Source: Phoronis australis (Eukaryota > Animalia > Phoronida). From it: 64,000 nucleotides of DNA. A program made the position numbers and the translations under genes. The DNA lies in NCBI GenBank assembly GCA_002633005.1, contig NMRA01000840.1:12747-76746 (forward strand). The letters run 5' to 3'. The notes under the pieces were generated by a model. The model was not told the origin of the DNA. It made no database searches and saw only the letters and a program-made list of their open reading frames with translations. Shown here in pieces: positions 51,901 through 64,000 of this stretch (positions within the stretch are counted from its first letter, which is position 1; each line of letters begins with the position of its first letter).

Positions 51901-54900
51901 AATAAATTAAAGCTGCCGGTAGTAACTAAAGATCATAAATTTCATATTTTTTCGAGTTTTTTAGGTTATTTGGTTTCATCTTATGTTAAAAACAAGTGTT
52001 TGAGCAACACATTTGTTGCGTTTTTACAAAGTTTTGATTTTTTCCTCGTTTTTACGATGCACAATCTCTTTGAAAAAACCCGTCTCTTGATTGACCAGTA
52101 AGAGCGACCAAATCTCAAAGCACATTTATACAGTACTTACAGCGATCCTAGTAGATCAAGGGATCCGGATCGCACAGATGTTATTTTCACTAAACCGGCT
52201 TAAAAACCGTGTGGGACGCAATAGGACGGAAACATGCCGATTCAAACCGTTCCCGCATGAGATCCGCATTTAATATGATCCGATCCAGTGTGTACTAAGC
52301 CATGTGGATACACGATAGGATTTAACACCGTGCACATGCGTTAAGTATTCGAAGATGTTTCTCTACATATACTTTTCAACTGCTGGCATTGATCTTGATT
52401 TTCATAACTATGCAATTCCTCGAACAAATTCCTAAATCAACACATCCCGTGTTCCATCGGTTTGTTTTTCGTACCTCCATACCTATTCAATAACAGTCTT
52501 ACTGCCTAAAAACATTTGAATGTTAGTCTCTCAATTCTTTCCTTTACTTGGCTAAAATATGACCCTGATTTCCTTCTGCAAAAATCAGCTTGGTACCCAT
52601 AGTCGACATGTAAAGGTATGTGCACGTCATGCAACCATGCATGAAAAACAAAATGAAAACAGGAACGCGTCAACGTGTGAACTGATCTGGAAATGATCAC
52701 ACAGTTACCCGTTCCCGTTTGCGCTCCAATGCAAGAGACCGCATTTTTCTTTATTGTTCCGTTTGCGGCGTATATTTTGAAATCTGACGAGTATATTGTT
52801 CAGAGCCCGGGGGTACAACGTGTTTAGTTTACATGTACGGTCGAAAGATATCGTGAACCGCAATACAATGAACACAAACGTCTTTCCAAGAAGTTCTTTG
52901 TAAGTTCGAACAACGAACTGCCAATAAGCTCCGCCATACTAGAAGGTCACGTTTTTTTGATGAGAAAATGACAGAAATACTAACAGCTAAATAGACCGCG
53001 AAAGCTACGTTCGTGTTTTCGGCATACCTGTAACGGGATTTTACTATTCATGACATAAAACTATACCTGTGCAATGTAAATGAACGATAGCTGCACTCTA
53101 AAGGAGAAACTCGCGTGTTGAATGCTTTGAAATCTGATGTCGACCTGAAAGTAAAGGGGTTACTGTAGAACCTTTGTCGAGGTCAATAACTCTCTCACGG
53201 CGAGAAAAATTTAGCCAAAATCCAGTGCTCTCATTGAAATTGCACGGCAATATCTCGAGCAATATCGCACGAGTTTTCTTTTCTAGCGAGACACTAGCAC
53301 TACTACGTACAATGTAAGTTTGCAGTACCGACTTCTGTCGTTGGTGAGCAGTGTTTCGAGAATCACTTACAATGTAGACATTTGTGTCCCTCAAATACTA
53401 TACTTGGGTTTATAAAATCTCTCTCTACTCTTATAAATTACAAATACTCTATATCACAAAAGGTTTCGTACTATTACACGCGTCTAGGGGTTACAAAGGT
53501 CCTTTTAAAATTTGGCAAATTCGACTAACTTTAGTACATCATATCTCAGTCACGGCTCTTAGGATTTACTTAAAACTTTCAGGTAATGCTTTATGTACTC
53601 TTCTCCAAAATTATTTTTGGAATTGGTCTTGAAATATCCAAGCATTGCATGAGAGGCTATAAAAGTACTGTACGACTTTTACGATTTCCATGGAACACTC
53701 AGAATATGAGTGAAACGAAAATTGTATAAATCACCATATAGACAACTGTAACAGTGTTCGTGAGATGTCATCCAAACATTTATGTCAAACAATCAAAGAG
53801 CATTTTAATACAATTGATGCTATGGTCTCAACGTACCTTTCTTTTTGCTATGTTTAACAAAACAAACCTGCTAACGTTATCCAACGAATGACAGGAAACA
53901 CATACTTTTACTGAAATCAATTCTATAGTTTTGTCGATATTTTTCTAGATGCATATACTTGTCGACAAGACCTATATGTAGCCTTTTGGCGCACACGATT
54001 TGGTCATTCTGTCAGCTAATCGCCGTTTTAAATATTCTGTACCTACTTACCCCATTCGACAAATGACACATGTAGTATTTGATGTCAGCGAGCGCATTGT
54101 TCTCCTTTTCATCGGATGTCGATCCTGATGCACGCGCCAAAAATCTATAAATTAAATTCGTGTCTACATATACATGTACTGTAACTAAAAAGCGAGGCAA
54201 TGTTCCGCAACAGTGTTGGGTTTTTCATCTTTTGATGGCTGATGTCCCGTTCACATTTTCCCTTAGATTGCTAGTTTACGAGTGCAAGTCGGACTCACGT
54301 GAAAAGAAAACTGTGCGTAGGACTTGTTGCAAACACTTTTTTCGCCGAATAGAACGTATTATGATTCACCAGGCCCCCGAACCAAAACCACATTTCAACA
54401 ATGTATATACATGTACATGTACAAAGTCCGCAGGTACACACTGAATTCAGACACTCGTTCTTTTGTCTCGGAGTGACATTGCACTTCACAAGAAGGACAG
54501 AGCTAGTCTTGAAGAATTTCTCAACATCCGAATCATTTATATAGGCAGGTTTCAGATAACACTACCTTACATCTGACAAGATTGGACACTTGAATAAAAT
54601 GTGGTCCGTCTACATCTCACCTTTTCGGTATACCAGAAGCGTCACTCGTTAATTTAGGTCACCTTCCACTTTAGGCATTCAGTTTCTGTAAGCCAACACT
54701 AGCGCATTGTCCGTATGTAACCAGAATGATGTTGTAGTTTCAGACAAAACACCACATCTTGTAATATCGTACATAAAAAGCAGGCGATCATTTTTGCTCT
54801 TGATAACTTTTTCTGCTTCCCCGTCTCGAATTATTCAGAGCGAACTCACTAAATTTCCACACGCTGTTACTGGTGGTGACGACTTAGATAAGTATCGCCA

Positions 54901-57715
54901 ACTATGAAATTTCCTATGTAGTACTGTTCCCCTCCACTAGTAAACCGTTTCAAAGAAATACGTCAAAGACAACTTTTCTTAGAGAGCCTGATCTTGAAAA
55001 GAAAAACGCCATCGTGCATCTAAGCCTCTTAGAAGTGCACTGTTTACCTCCATGAAGTTCCGCTCATGTAGACCTTCAGTTGGAAGTAAACAACAGACGA
55101 TAGCCGGAAGCTATTCTTAGCACGTGCACTACACAAGAAGCATGGTGCGCTTTCTTAAACTATAACGTCTGGGGGTGAGTGGTCTACATTTCAATTTAGA
55201 AAAAAAAATGTCCAGAAATAAACTTGCTCTCGTGTCCCGGAAAGGTGAACACGGAAATCGGGGTAAGCCTAGTGCAGTATAATGTACACGAGGCAGACGC
55301 AGATTTTCCATTTGAAATGTTTTACTTGATGCTAAATAATCGTAGTTGAAATAAACTTTTTATCCGTTACATACCTGCTATAGATATTAAAGTCTACGGC
55401 CAGAAAGTACTCGATTGTATTTTGTTGTGGAGCTGCTCGTTTCTCACGACTGTGATTGTCTGAGATATCGTCCCCATTGTCTCCCTTGAAAGCGCGTGGA
55501 CCTTGATCTTTAACTGCAAGAAAGCTTTGTCATGTACACGAGTATAAAATGTTTAGACTATTTTACAAAACTACATTTCTCGACAAGATTGTAGTTGGTG
55601 AGACAGAAGCGTACAGTATATATCAGAAATAATATTGAGACGCGATCGTGAATTCGGAAACTCGTGTAGGCAACGATCCAAGTTTGAGAAACATTACATT
55701 CTAGACGAAGAAAGCCTGAAAAATGGTCTTCAACTAAAAGAATGAAAATCAACAGGAAGCTCGTTTAAGTGGTGCTTCATGGACCGATCTCACTAGTGTG
55801 AAAATAACAAGGCAAAAGCTTGCCTAACATTGTAAGACTTCATTTGACCCAGACACAGACAATTGCATGTTACATGCACGTAGGCATTTGCGGTGCATCA
55901 TTGAAAAAAGCGGGAGGGGGGTTGCTAGAGCACCCAACGCCCATGTGGTGCACCAACAAGCGCAGTGCAGCACTGAAAAAAGTGGGAGGGCGGCTATAGG
56001 CCCCCAGCCCCTTATGGTGCGTCATCCATGACAGGGGTGTAAATACATATCCACATGGGTACCTTCAGCCACATTCATACCCTGTCTCACCATAACCGTA
56101 CACCTGATCCAGTCCTCCGTTTGTTTTCACCATGATATGGTAGTCAACTTTCTCCACTTCGTCTCCGATTTCTTTGAAGCTTCGCTTGCGACGAATATGC
56201 TCATCGGACGCTGGTTGAATAATGTATTCATCACCTCCATAAAGCATCGTTCCCTCCTGTAAGGAATCACAAGTTTATCAAACATCACTGAAAATGTACA
56301 CGCGTATGGAAACCATTGTGATTATTATGTGACAGTGTTTGGGAATGCTAACTTCGACACGTCGTCAAATTGCTCACTTACCAAACTTCTAACTGACCGC
56401 CCCTTGTTGTTAATGGATGTCCTGACAGACAGTGCTGCGCCATTTTGAACGTCTTGATAAAACGCGATATCCTGAAGTGAGAGAAACTTACATGTAGCAC
56501 GTCATCGCTAGTTATGTATGGGATGACTCGGCTTCAGTAAATTGTTGATGATTATATTAATGGAATAGATTTTACACTGTTGGCCTATGCTACAGTGTAG
56601 ATCGGTTACACCGGTAAAGGCAGTGGATGCAGACAAATCAATTGGACTTTTGGGTTGACCTAAACTGGATTTGGGTGAAGTCGTTTAATGTAGACGCAGA
56701 CGTTGCAGCACTGGTCGAGCGTAGGCAGTTGTCGCGCAGTGTGCACGGCTCTTAGTTATGGTACTCCAGCAGTGGCCAAGTATCGCGTATTTTATCCCGT
56801 TGTTATCGAATTCCATCGTGATGGGTTCAGTGTTGTCGTCGCGCGAACCGCAAACGCGACACAATCTCTCAATAACTTAACGCTCGCATCACGTGGTGCG
56901 AGTCCGTCCGGAAGGGATTATGTGACCCGAGGGATAAAACTGACTTGATCGGTCTCAAACATGAGTATGAACTCGAAGTTCAATTTCATTATCTTCATAT
57001 TTTGAGATTCATTTAAAAATGAATCTCTCCTACTTCATATTACTAATATTGGCTATTTTCCGCGCATCATTTGTCGTGTCAAATAGTGTTTGCGACTTGA
57101 CACTGCCAGGTTTTCTTTTCAAGGAGTAATAAAAGCCACGAACGACGCCAGGAAGAACGAGTTTATGATCCACTTTTATGTCAAAGTACGTCACATGTCA
57201 TACCTCGTCAACTCGCCAAATATGAGAAGTTAGTTATTTAAAGGCTGGTACGCGTTTGCGCGCGCACCGGTGGGGTGCAGAGGTTGGCTGCTCGGTAGTC
57301 TCGTTATGTGTATTTTGGAGTTTAACGAGCCCAGTTAAATTCCTTCTTATTACGTTGTCTGATTAATTATATACAGAGATCTACGTACAGGGCAATACTA
57401 TGCAGTAGAAACCTCTAGCGTGCAGTTTCTGTCACGCATAAATTTGGCTCGCGGCATTTGGCGCATCGTGTACCGCATGTGTTAAGCGTTGTTGTACCAC
57501 CCACATGACAAACATTGATGCTCAGAAATAAAACACGTATTTGCTTACCCCAAAATCTGGAATGTCACCTCTCCTCTTTATATGAACGCCATCTGTTGAC
57601 ACATAGACATGCACATGTGAACCAACGTTAACGGTGCGCGTTAACTTAAGATTTACGTCATGCGTTGCCGACGAAACGTTGATAAAAGTGCGGTCGCCTG
57701 CCAGTGAAGCGTAAT
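36960..57715 (-). CDS. Membrane-anchored ADAMTS/MIG-17-like reprolysin (M12B) metalloprotease, >=1075 aa; signal-peptide exon not located
   Basis: Phase-compatible GT-AG exons: 57715-57549, 56471-56382, 56256-56091, 55513-55375, 54144-54051, 53144-53067, 51118-50958, 50225-50064, 49237-49070, 48050-47906, 47158-47039, 46038-45987, 44571-44428, 41959-41858, 39587-39408, 38218-36960. Motifs in order: furin sites RRKR and REKR, IEYFLAVD, YDHGALNTGYD, HELGHSLNAKHD, Met-turn FIMAP, FSSCS, PGQ..QQC, AADGTTCGDKKWCLHGYCV, two C..GD..C..C..CC..C repeats, Sushi, (TTQPP)n, SEA-like, DVDEC EGF-Ca, EGF, TM, basic tail. The 57715 acceptor is the least certain. Confidence 0.85.
37970..38205 (-). repeat. Coding 15-bp repeat encoding a mucin-like (TTQPP)n stalk
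   Basis: ACAACACAGCCTCCA units, about 13-15 copies, decaying toward the C-terminal side. Confidence 0.92.
39762..39920. mobile_element. hAT-like MITE with a CAGTGGCGGAT terminus (similar ends at 29354, 48837, 63966)
   Basis: CAGTGGCGGATT plus a G-run on the left and a decayed CCTGGATCCGC on the right. Confidence 0.5.
43187..43625. mobile_element. MITE with ~20-bp TIRs (TA-type, Tc1/pogo-like)
   Basis: CCGGGATTTTTCCGAGATAA ... TTATCTACGGAAAATCCCGG followed by TA. Confidence 0.65.
45552..45649. repeat. Perfect 14-bp minisatellite x7 (CAACATAATTGGGC)
   Basis: Seven identical head-to-tail copies with no spacers. Confidence 0.96.
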
Positions 57716-60700
57716 CTTTGAAAAATGCTATAAGGTGGTAGTCTGAAATCAAAAAAACACCGATAAAAAGGGAGTTGCATATTTCCATCAGACTTATTTT
57801 TCCTGGCCGTACCATTTAAAATGATTCCAGTAGTGTTAATTTTCAAAGAGTGCTCCGGCCAAAATCAGGGCCGCGCAGGTTATATGTACAGTGCACACTT
57901 GGAAATTATAATTTTACAAGTCAGTTAATCGGGTTCATTCGGGAGATTGAGCTGTGACATGGTATTTACTAACAATTGCCTAGCAAGACTAGCTGTTATT
58001 TACTGACAAATTGAAAGTGATAGTGCGCTTTCGCGTATCTTCGGGATTTCACGATTTTTCTCAAGCAACGATAACATTTCTCGATTACGTTTACAGTTGG
58101 TGTACGTACAACAGCAACGTCAGGGTATTCTCGTGCTGTCTCGCTATCCATTTTGCCTAAGAAAAAAGCGAAATCACTTAAATGGCAGCCGCAGATACAC
58201 GGTAAACAGGCGATGAACACGTGTATTCTTAATTACAACTTTTAGGATCAGGAGAAGCAAAAATTTGAATCGTTGCTAGAAACAGCTAGTACAATACCTG
58301 TCAGTTACGATTTCACGAAAGTGTCACCCTCGCTTTTATAGGTGCAATTAGAACTATTATCTTTGTGCTTCTCGCGTGCGGTTTTGATTGTTAGACGAGA
58401 AAACGTTTGCCTCTGGCCAAATATTTCAAAAGGACTTTTTTATCGTGCCAGATGGAAACTTCGTGCCCCGAAAATAATCGCAAGATCCAAACATTTCCCG
58501 TGGAGCTATAAATTCGCGATTCAAACCGCGTTTATGTGGTATTATTAATATTGTTGTTTTATTATTGTTCTAATTTTGAAATTGCTGTTTTATTTTATTA
58601 TTGATATTATCTGCATTATTGATAGTTAAAACTGTCAAGACGTATCGCAAATTCTCACTGTAAGAAAAGTCCTGCGGCAAAGTCTAATATATGTCTTACA
58701 GGATTTGTGCACTTTGTTCTGATATTAAATAATAGTTGTCAGTTGACCGTACGCCATTTAAAACAAATTGCCCTGGCCATCCGTTTTATTACAACTGTAG
58801 AAAACGGGGAAACTGAGAAAAATAAGGACCAATATACTATCTTGAGTCAAAGTGAAAATTGGGACGACTCCAAGGTTACTTCCAGCAGCCGACTACGAGT
58901 CAGTTGAAAAGCGTCGAATCAGAGGCCATTAGCTGTAGGCAATTGGTTTAAAATAATGTAGCATGCGTTTCATGGTGTCTGCAGACACCAACGGACTGCC
59001 CAATCCATTTGAAAATTCAAAAGCAGAAAACTTAGGCCCTGTACCCAAGCTGGACCTTGAAACTACTGATAGTAAAAGCACCCCCTCCCCAGGTGGATAC
59101 TTGATTTGGCTGCTACACACGTAGGAGCGCGTCGACTAGTTGACCGTGAATGTGTTTATCCTATCGGGCTAGATGGGCGTGGTAGTTTACGCCAACTGGT
59201 CGTGGGAGTAGTCCCTGGGAGGTAGATGGAAGGCAAAAGCCTGACCTGCAGGCCTTGAGATCTCGTACGTATACCCGTGTTAGCTTGCCATGAGAAAACC
59301 CCTGCCAGTCTACGGAGCTCACATTCAGCCATGCCATTGTCTGCATTTGAAACGCATCGCGGTCCACAATAGGTGGCCCCGATTTAACACAACATCCCGA
59401 TTTATCACAACATTGCGACAAATCTGCAACGGGTGCACTGACTTAGGAAGTACTTACCCGTTATGTTGCGCTGTAATTAATAAGGGTTGTCGCTGTTATA
59501 AACTTGGATATTGAAACCCCTCCTCTCGAGTAAGTAAAACTTAATTACACAGGGATTATCAAAAATCGGAGCTTTTATTCGAGTCCAATTCCGGTATTAC
59601 ATTTCCGGAAAATCAGTTGAAAATACAGAGGCATCAACACGAATTATTTACCCGTGTCCTGTGGTTTCACGACGTGTGGTATAGTCTGGGCCCATGACCA
59701 GCTCGTTAACGTAGACAGCACGAACAATAGGACATGTGGGGGAAGAATATCCTGATGCATTCTCTTGTTATAGACCCACAATGTCTTGCATGTGTTTTAT
59801 CTCATTCACTGACGTAATCCTGACACTCATCCAGTGAAAGTAGCCATAAATATGATGATGACATAGGTATACTACCAAATAATATCCAATACATAACAAA
59901 GCACTATACGCCAGGTCTTTTGTCGTAGCATTTTCCGCGTACATGTACATGTATTTAACATACGTGTGGGCGATGTTACCCTCGAATAGGTCTTTAGTTA
60001 CCCTGTATTTATGTCTGCAGTGACAGGTAACAATGCGAACTAAGCTGAAAAAGTAGTTGAACTTGTACAAATCGCTTTAAGCGAAACTTGAACAAGGTCT
60101 AGTGCAAAACAAACATTCCGATCAAAAATTGCATTGGGTTCCATCATTTGGGTCAACGTTGATTGCCCATCATAAATTGAAGTTTGCAATAGAAATAATG
60201 ACGTATACAGGGGGCATACCGACAACGACCCGATCTGGATAAAAATTTAGTTGAACAAATAGGAACACGTGAGTGGGGACTCACTTTGTGAAGAACTTAT
60301 GGAAAACGACCACCCAAAGAACTTTCGTAACACCAGAAGAGAGTTAAAAATTCACTATTAATTACTTGAAACATTTTCCTTGACCTCCTCAAGATTATCA
60401 GGAAAGTTGGGCGGTCCACTCTTTTCAGAGGTTAAAAGCAACTGGTGATGTTGAGAACGAATTCACACAAAAATTTTGCCATTACTGTTTCATTTGCGGT
60501 CCTTGAAAGCGTCGTTTTGTGTAAAAGATAGGCATTTTAAATAAATTAAGTTTAAATTGTTTAATGACACCCAAACCAACTGCCATCATAAAATTGTGCT
60601 GCTATTTCCAGTCCGTGGTCTGTGCCTTTGCTGTTTCCAGACACAACGTACAATGTAAGATATAGGCCTTGTCCCAAAAGTTAGGAAAAGTTTCAAAAAC

Positions 60701-62139
60701 TGTTCAATTGGCACAGTTACACTTGTACGATAATCACTTTTTACATCAACAGTCGAACGATCAAAATTGGTTCAGTTTCACAATCTAGGATTTGGCTAAA
60801 ATATTGTCAGCATTCTCTTTTTTTAAAAAAGGTTGTTGTCTCAAACTGCCAACTGACACTGAAAAACAAACATTTTCGGCAGAAATTTCAGCCACAAATG
60901 TGTACACATTTACTTAAACACCAGATTATCATCCGAGATGTACACGTCATATTGCTATAGTCGTTTTAAAGATATCAGGTTACGCCAATGAGACAGCAAA
61001 ATCAGGTTTACGATAGCAAGTTAAACAATTCCAGAATTACAAAGTACATGTATGCTGCCTGTGTGTTTTTGAAAATCAGTGATGGGCGTTTTCTTGGGAT
61101 CATAAGCGACTTTATTTGAAGGACTCGTTGTTTAAAATTAAGCACTCAAGGAAATCTCAAGTCTGAGACTCACTTTTGTAATTTTCATTTACAGTTTACA
61201 GAGTTAACGAGGGGGATTTTGAGACAAAGGTTTGAGAAATGTAGTGGAACAGAATGTAGCAAGCTGAAACACGGTTTAGTTTCTCCTTAAATAAGCATCT
61301 ACATGTAACTGAGTGACCTACCCATTCATAACTTATGCAAATGATAGAACACAGCTATATTAGGCAGTTTTTGTCTCAGAAATGCTGAAAATAAAATTAT
61401 TTTTATGAACTTTGTTTAATACAGGATGTTGCACAACTGTCATGCTGATCACCTTGACACAAATTATGCGAAATGAGCTTCAAATTAAAGTTGTCTTTGT
61501 TGAGCCTAATCCGTAGAAGGGGGGGGGGGTGTACTGTTTAACCAGAAAACAGTTTTTAGGCTGGATCACCATATGGGGGAAATTAGCGAGGGGACACGAA
61601 GAAAGAAAACAAAAGCGACGAGCAGCCGATTTACGGCATACGCACATCAGAAGTTTTGGCCACAGGCGGAGGCAGAGTTTGAGAGAAGTCCAGGAAATTG
61701 TAAGCAAAACACAAATGATGTTGTATTAAGTTGCAAGGTTGCATGGGTGAAATATGTCGGACCGCGGTTCGTGATGTGGAGAACAACGCCTTTTTCCAGG
61801 CTCGTTTGCAAGAGTGTTGATTTTGTAAAAATTAACGTTGGCTAAACCTGTCGAAATTTGGATTTGCCTTATCCTTCACCTATCACCTAGATGAGCGTAC
61901 ATTCAGCGTTCTCTAACATGTACAAAACCAAGCAAATTCGCTAAACGTACATGTAAATGTTCGTGTAAGGTGACAATATGGGCTCTCGTAAGAGCGTCAA
62001 TATAAATCACAACATTTCCCCTTCGGTCATCACCGAGTTATCGACCAGAGATTGACAGCAATTTCCCTACGTCTAGTCAATACGGGACTGTCGACGCCGA
62101 AGACTCGAACTAGAATATAATTGTGTATCAATTAAAATA

Positions 62140-63780
62140 TTGACAAGATCCCCCATCAGTTGCTTTGGCTCAGAGTATAAAAAATTGGAGCTCATGGTGA
62201 TTTTGTAAAAAAAATTGTGATCGATGTAGAGCAAACTCAGGTGGTGTGTGAAAAAGGGGTATAACTGAATTTTTGATTGTCGCATTGGCACTAGGCAAGG
62301 ATGTACGTTACGCCCTCTTTTGTTCACATTGTATTCGAATATATTTTTTGGAATGTAACTTCGATGGTATTTTTCTAAATCAAAATGTATCTAATGTGAA
62401 AGTATCGTTACATACCAATGTTATGGCCTTGTGTCCTTACTCTCCAATTAACTTTTACTGCAAAAACTACTGTGTGCTTCAGATACACTCTGTCAGGTAA
62501 AGATCAATGTCATGGTGTTTAGAGACGGAGGTTCCCTGAGAAATTACTAGAGCTGGTATTTATACATTTTGCAATAATTTAGAACTAAATTGCTGCAATG
62601 TACCGTTATCTTTCATTTTTATGTGACAGAGCAAAAATTTTAAAGTTGATATAGCTTTCTATTACTCGTGATATTCCTGAGATTTCTGTAAAAACGTGTC
62701 AGAATTCCAACTCGTTTCATTTTCCATAACCAGGCATCACATGGCTAAACCGATCAACGATATCTTGAGGCTTGGGGACGAAGCTGCTGTCAGTCCAAGC
62801 CATGAATGTCGCCTGACGTCGACAAGCTACAAAGAAGTTTGACCATGTTTCAACCGCCTGTGGCTTTCGAGATATTTGATAAAATGGTTTACCCTACCTT
62901 GTGTTATGGAGCTGAAATATGGAATTTAAAAGATAACAACTGGTTAGAATAAGTGCACATTAAATTTTGTAAGCTTGTGTTGGGAGTAGCTAATTTATGC
63001 TCAAATGTTGCTGTACTGAGCAAATATAGGCGGTTGTTTCATTTAATAAGTACTCTGTTGCCGTGGTCAAGCATTGGTTCAAACTTGTCAAAATGCTTCC
63101 TCACCGTCTCTCAAGGGTAGCTTACGATAATTTGTATGATCAAAATGGTCGGCACTCCCGAAATTGGGCTACATCAATTGTCTTATTATGGATTCCATGA
63201 AGTTTGGATAAATCAAGGCTTTGTGTGTGACATCACTTGTCTACTAAGTTTTAGACAGCGAATAAGGGATTGTTATTTGCAAGGATGGAGACTGTGTTAA
63301 GAATAATACTAAACTGTTTTTATAATCAATTAAAAAAGGAGTTCAAATTGGCAAAATTATTAAGTTTGGATATACACCGTGCAAAAAGCATGTCTATGGC
63401 ACGTTTTCGTTGTTCTAGCCACAGTCTCATCAATGAAGTACTGTACATGTAGGCAAGAACTTGAACTTGGATAGGGTAAAGAGTGTGTCCCTTCTGCCCC
63501 AATGTTGTAGAAGAACAGTATCATTTCCTTCTAAGCCGTGATGAATATTTTGAACTGAGAGAAAATTAATATATTGAAGTGTACTATTGGAATTTTCCGT
63601 CTTTTTATGTTCAATGGACTGATGTCAACAAGTGATGATGCTAAATTAGTTAGCTCAAGTAAATATGTATTTCATGTTTTCCGACTCCGTGATAGCTGTG
63701 CCTTGCTGCATTCTTAATTATGTTGCATGTTGTTCTTTTGTACAGTGGGCCTATGATTGATTGATTGAAATTAAGAAACA
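62140..63780 (+). pseudogene. Heavily decayed LINE (RTE-X/Proto2-like) reverse transcriptase remnant with an internal interruption (~62570-62840)
   Basis: GTRQGCTLRPLLFTLY (62288), NVMVFRDGGSLR (~62510), IFDKMVYPTLCYGAEIW..VHIKFCKLVLGV (~62870), ARFRCSSHSL, RVCPFC..EEQYHFLL. Many stops and frameshifts. Confidence 0.8.
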
Positions 63781-64000
63781 ACTAAGCTGGCCTGTACTCT
63801 TCATTGTAAAGCAGAGTACATTATCTAACGTAAATTCAAGCATTACTATTTTAGTAAATGGATGAAAGAAATCGTCCAGTTTACAAGCAACGCACCGGCT
63901 CCCGGTAACCCTATGACTGCTTTAACCTTCGCGTTTTGCGAGAATGCTCGAGAGCTTACTATCCTGCATAGGCGGATTTAGGGGGGGCCCAGGGGGCCCG

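Noticed and set aside
57996-61707. Candidates for the protease's signal-peptide exon (57996-58160, ~60285-60350, ~61570-61645)
   Set aside because: None combines an in-frame ATG, a hydrophobic core and a phase-1 donor, so the 5' end is left unresolved.

Overview
AT-rich eukaryotic genomic DNA with spliced genes and scaffold gaps at 22697-23033 and 43971-44097. It is probably a lophotrochozoan, most likely a mollusc (inferred from repeat types and the ADAMTS/MIG-17-like gene family). Four host genes are present. (1) The 3' part of a + strand C2H2 zinc-finger gene (<2-1558) ending in ~14 degenerate 18-aa repeats. (2) A convergent paralogous 11-finger gene on - (9951..7217, 2 coding exons) whose first exon resembles the NRF1/P3A2/EWG dimerization module. 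(3) A 5-exon type-I membrane ENPP4/5/7-like ectophosphodiesterase on - (30605..24479) with a GC-AG intron. (4) A >=16-exon reprolysin metalloprotease on - (>=57715..36960) with an unusual membrane-anchored architecture: prodomain, M12B, disintegrin-like, two Cys-rich repeats, Sushi, mucin, SEA-like, two EGF, TM. Intergenic and intronic DNA holds two Helentron/HINE-like satellite-bearing elements (one with seven co-oriented CTCF-like motifs ~145 bp apart), a deleted TTAA-flanked Kolobok-like THAP transposon nested in the other, two LINE remnants, Ty3/Gypsy gag-pro remnants, a tRNA-derived SINE, MITEs and minisatellites. No CRISPR array, rRNA or intact tRNA gene was seen. All exon boundaries and domain calls were read by eye, without database searches.
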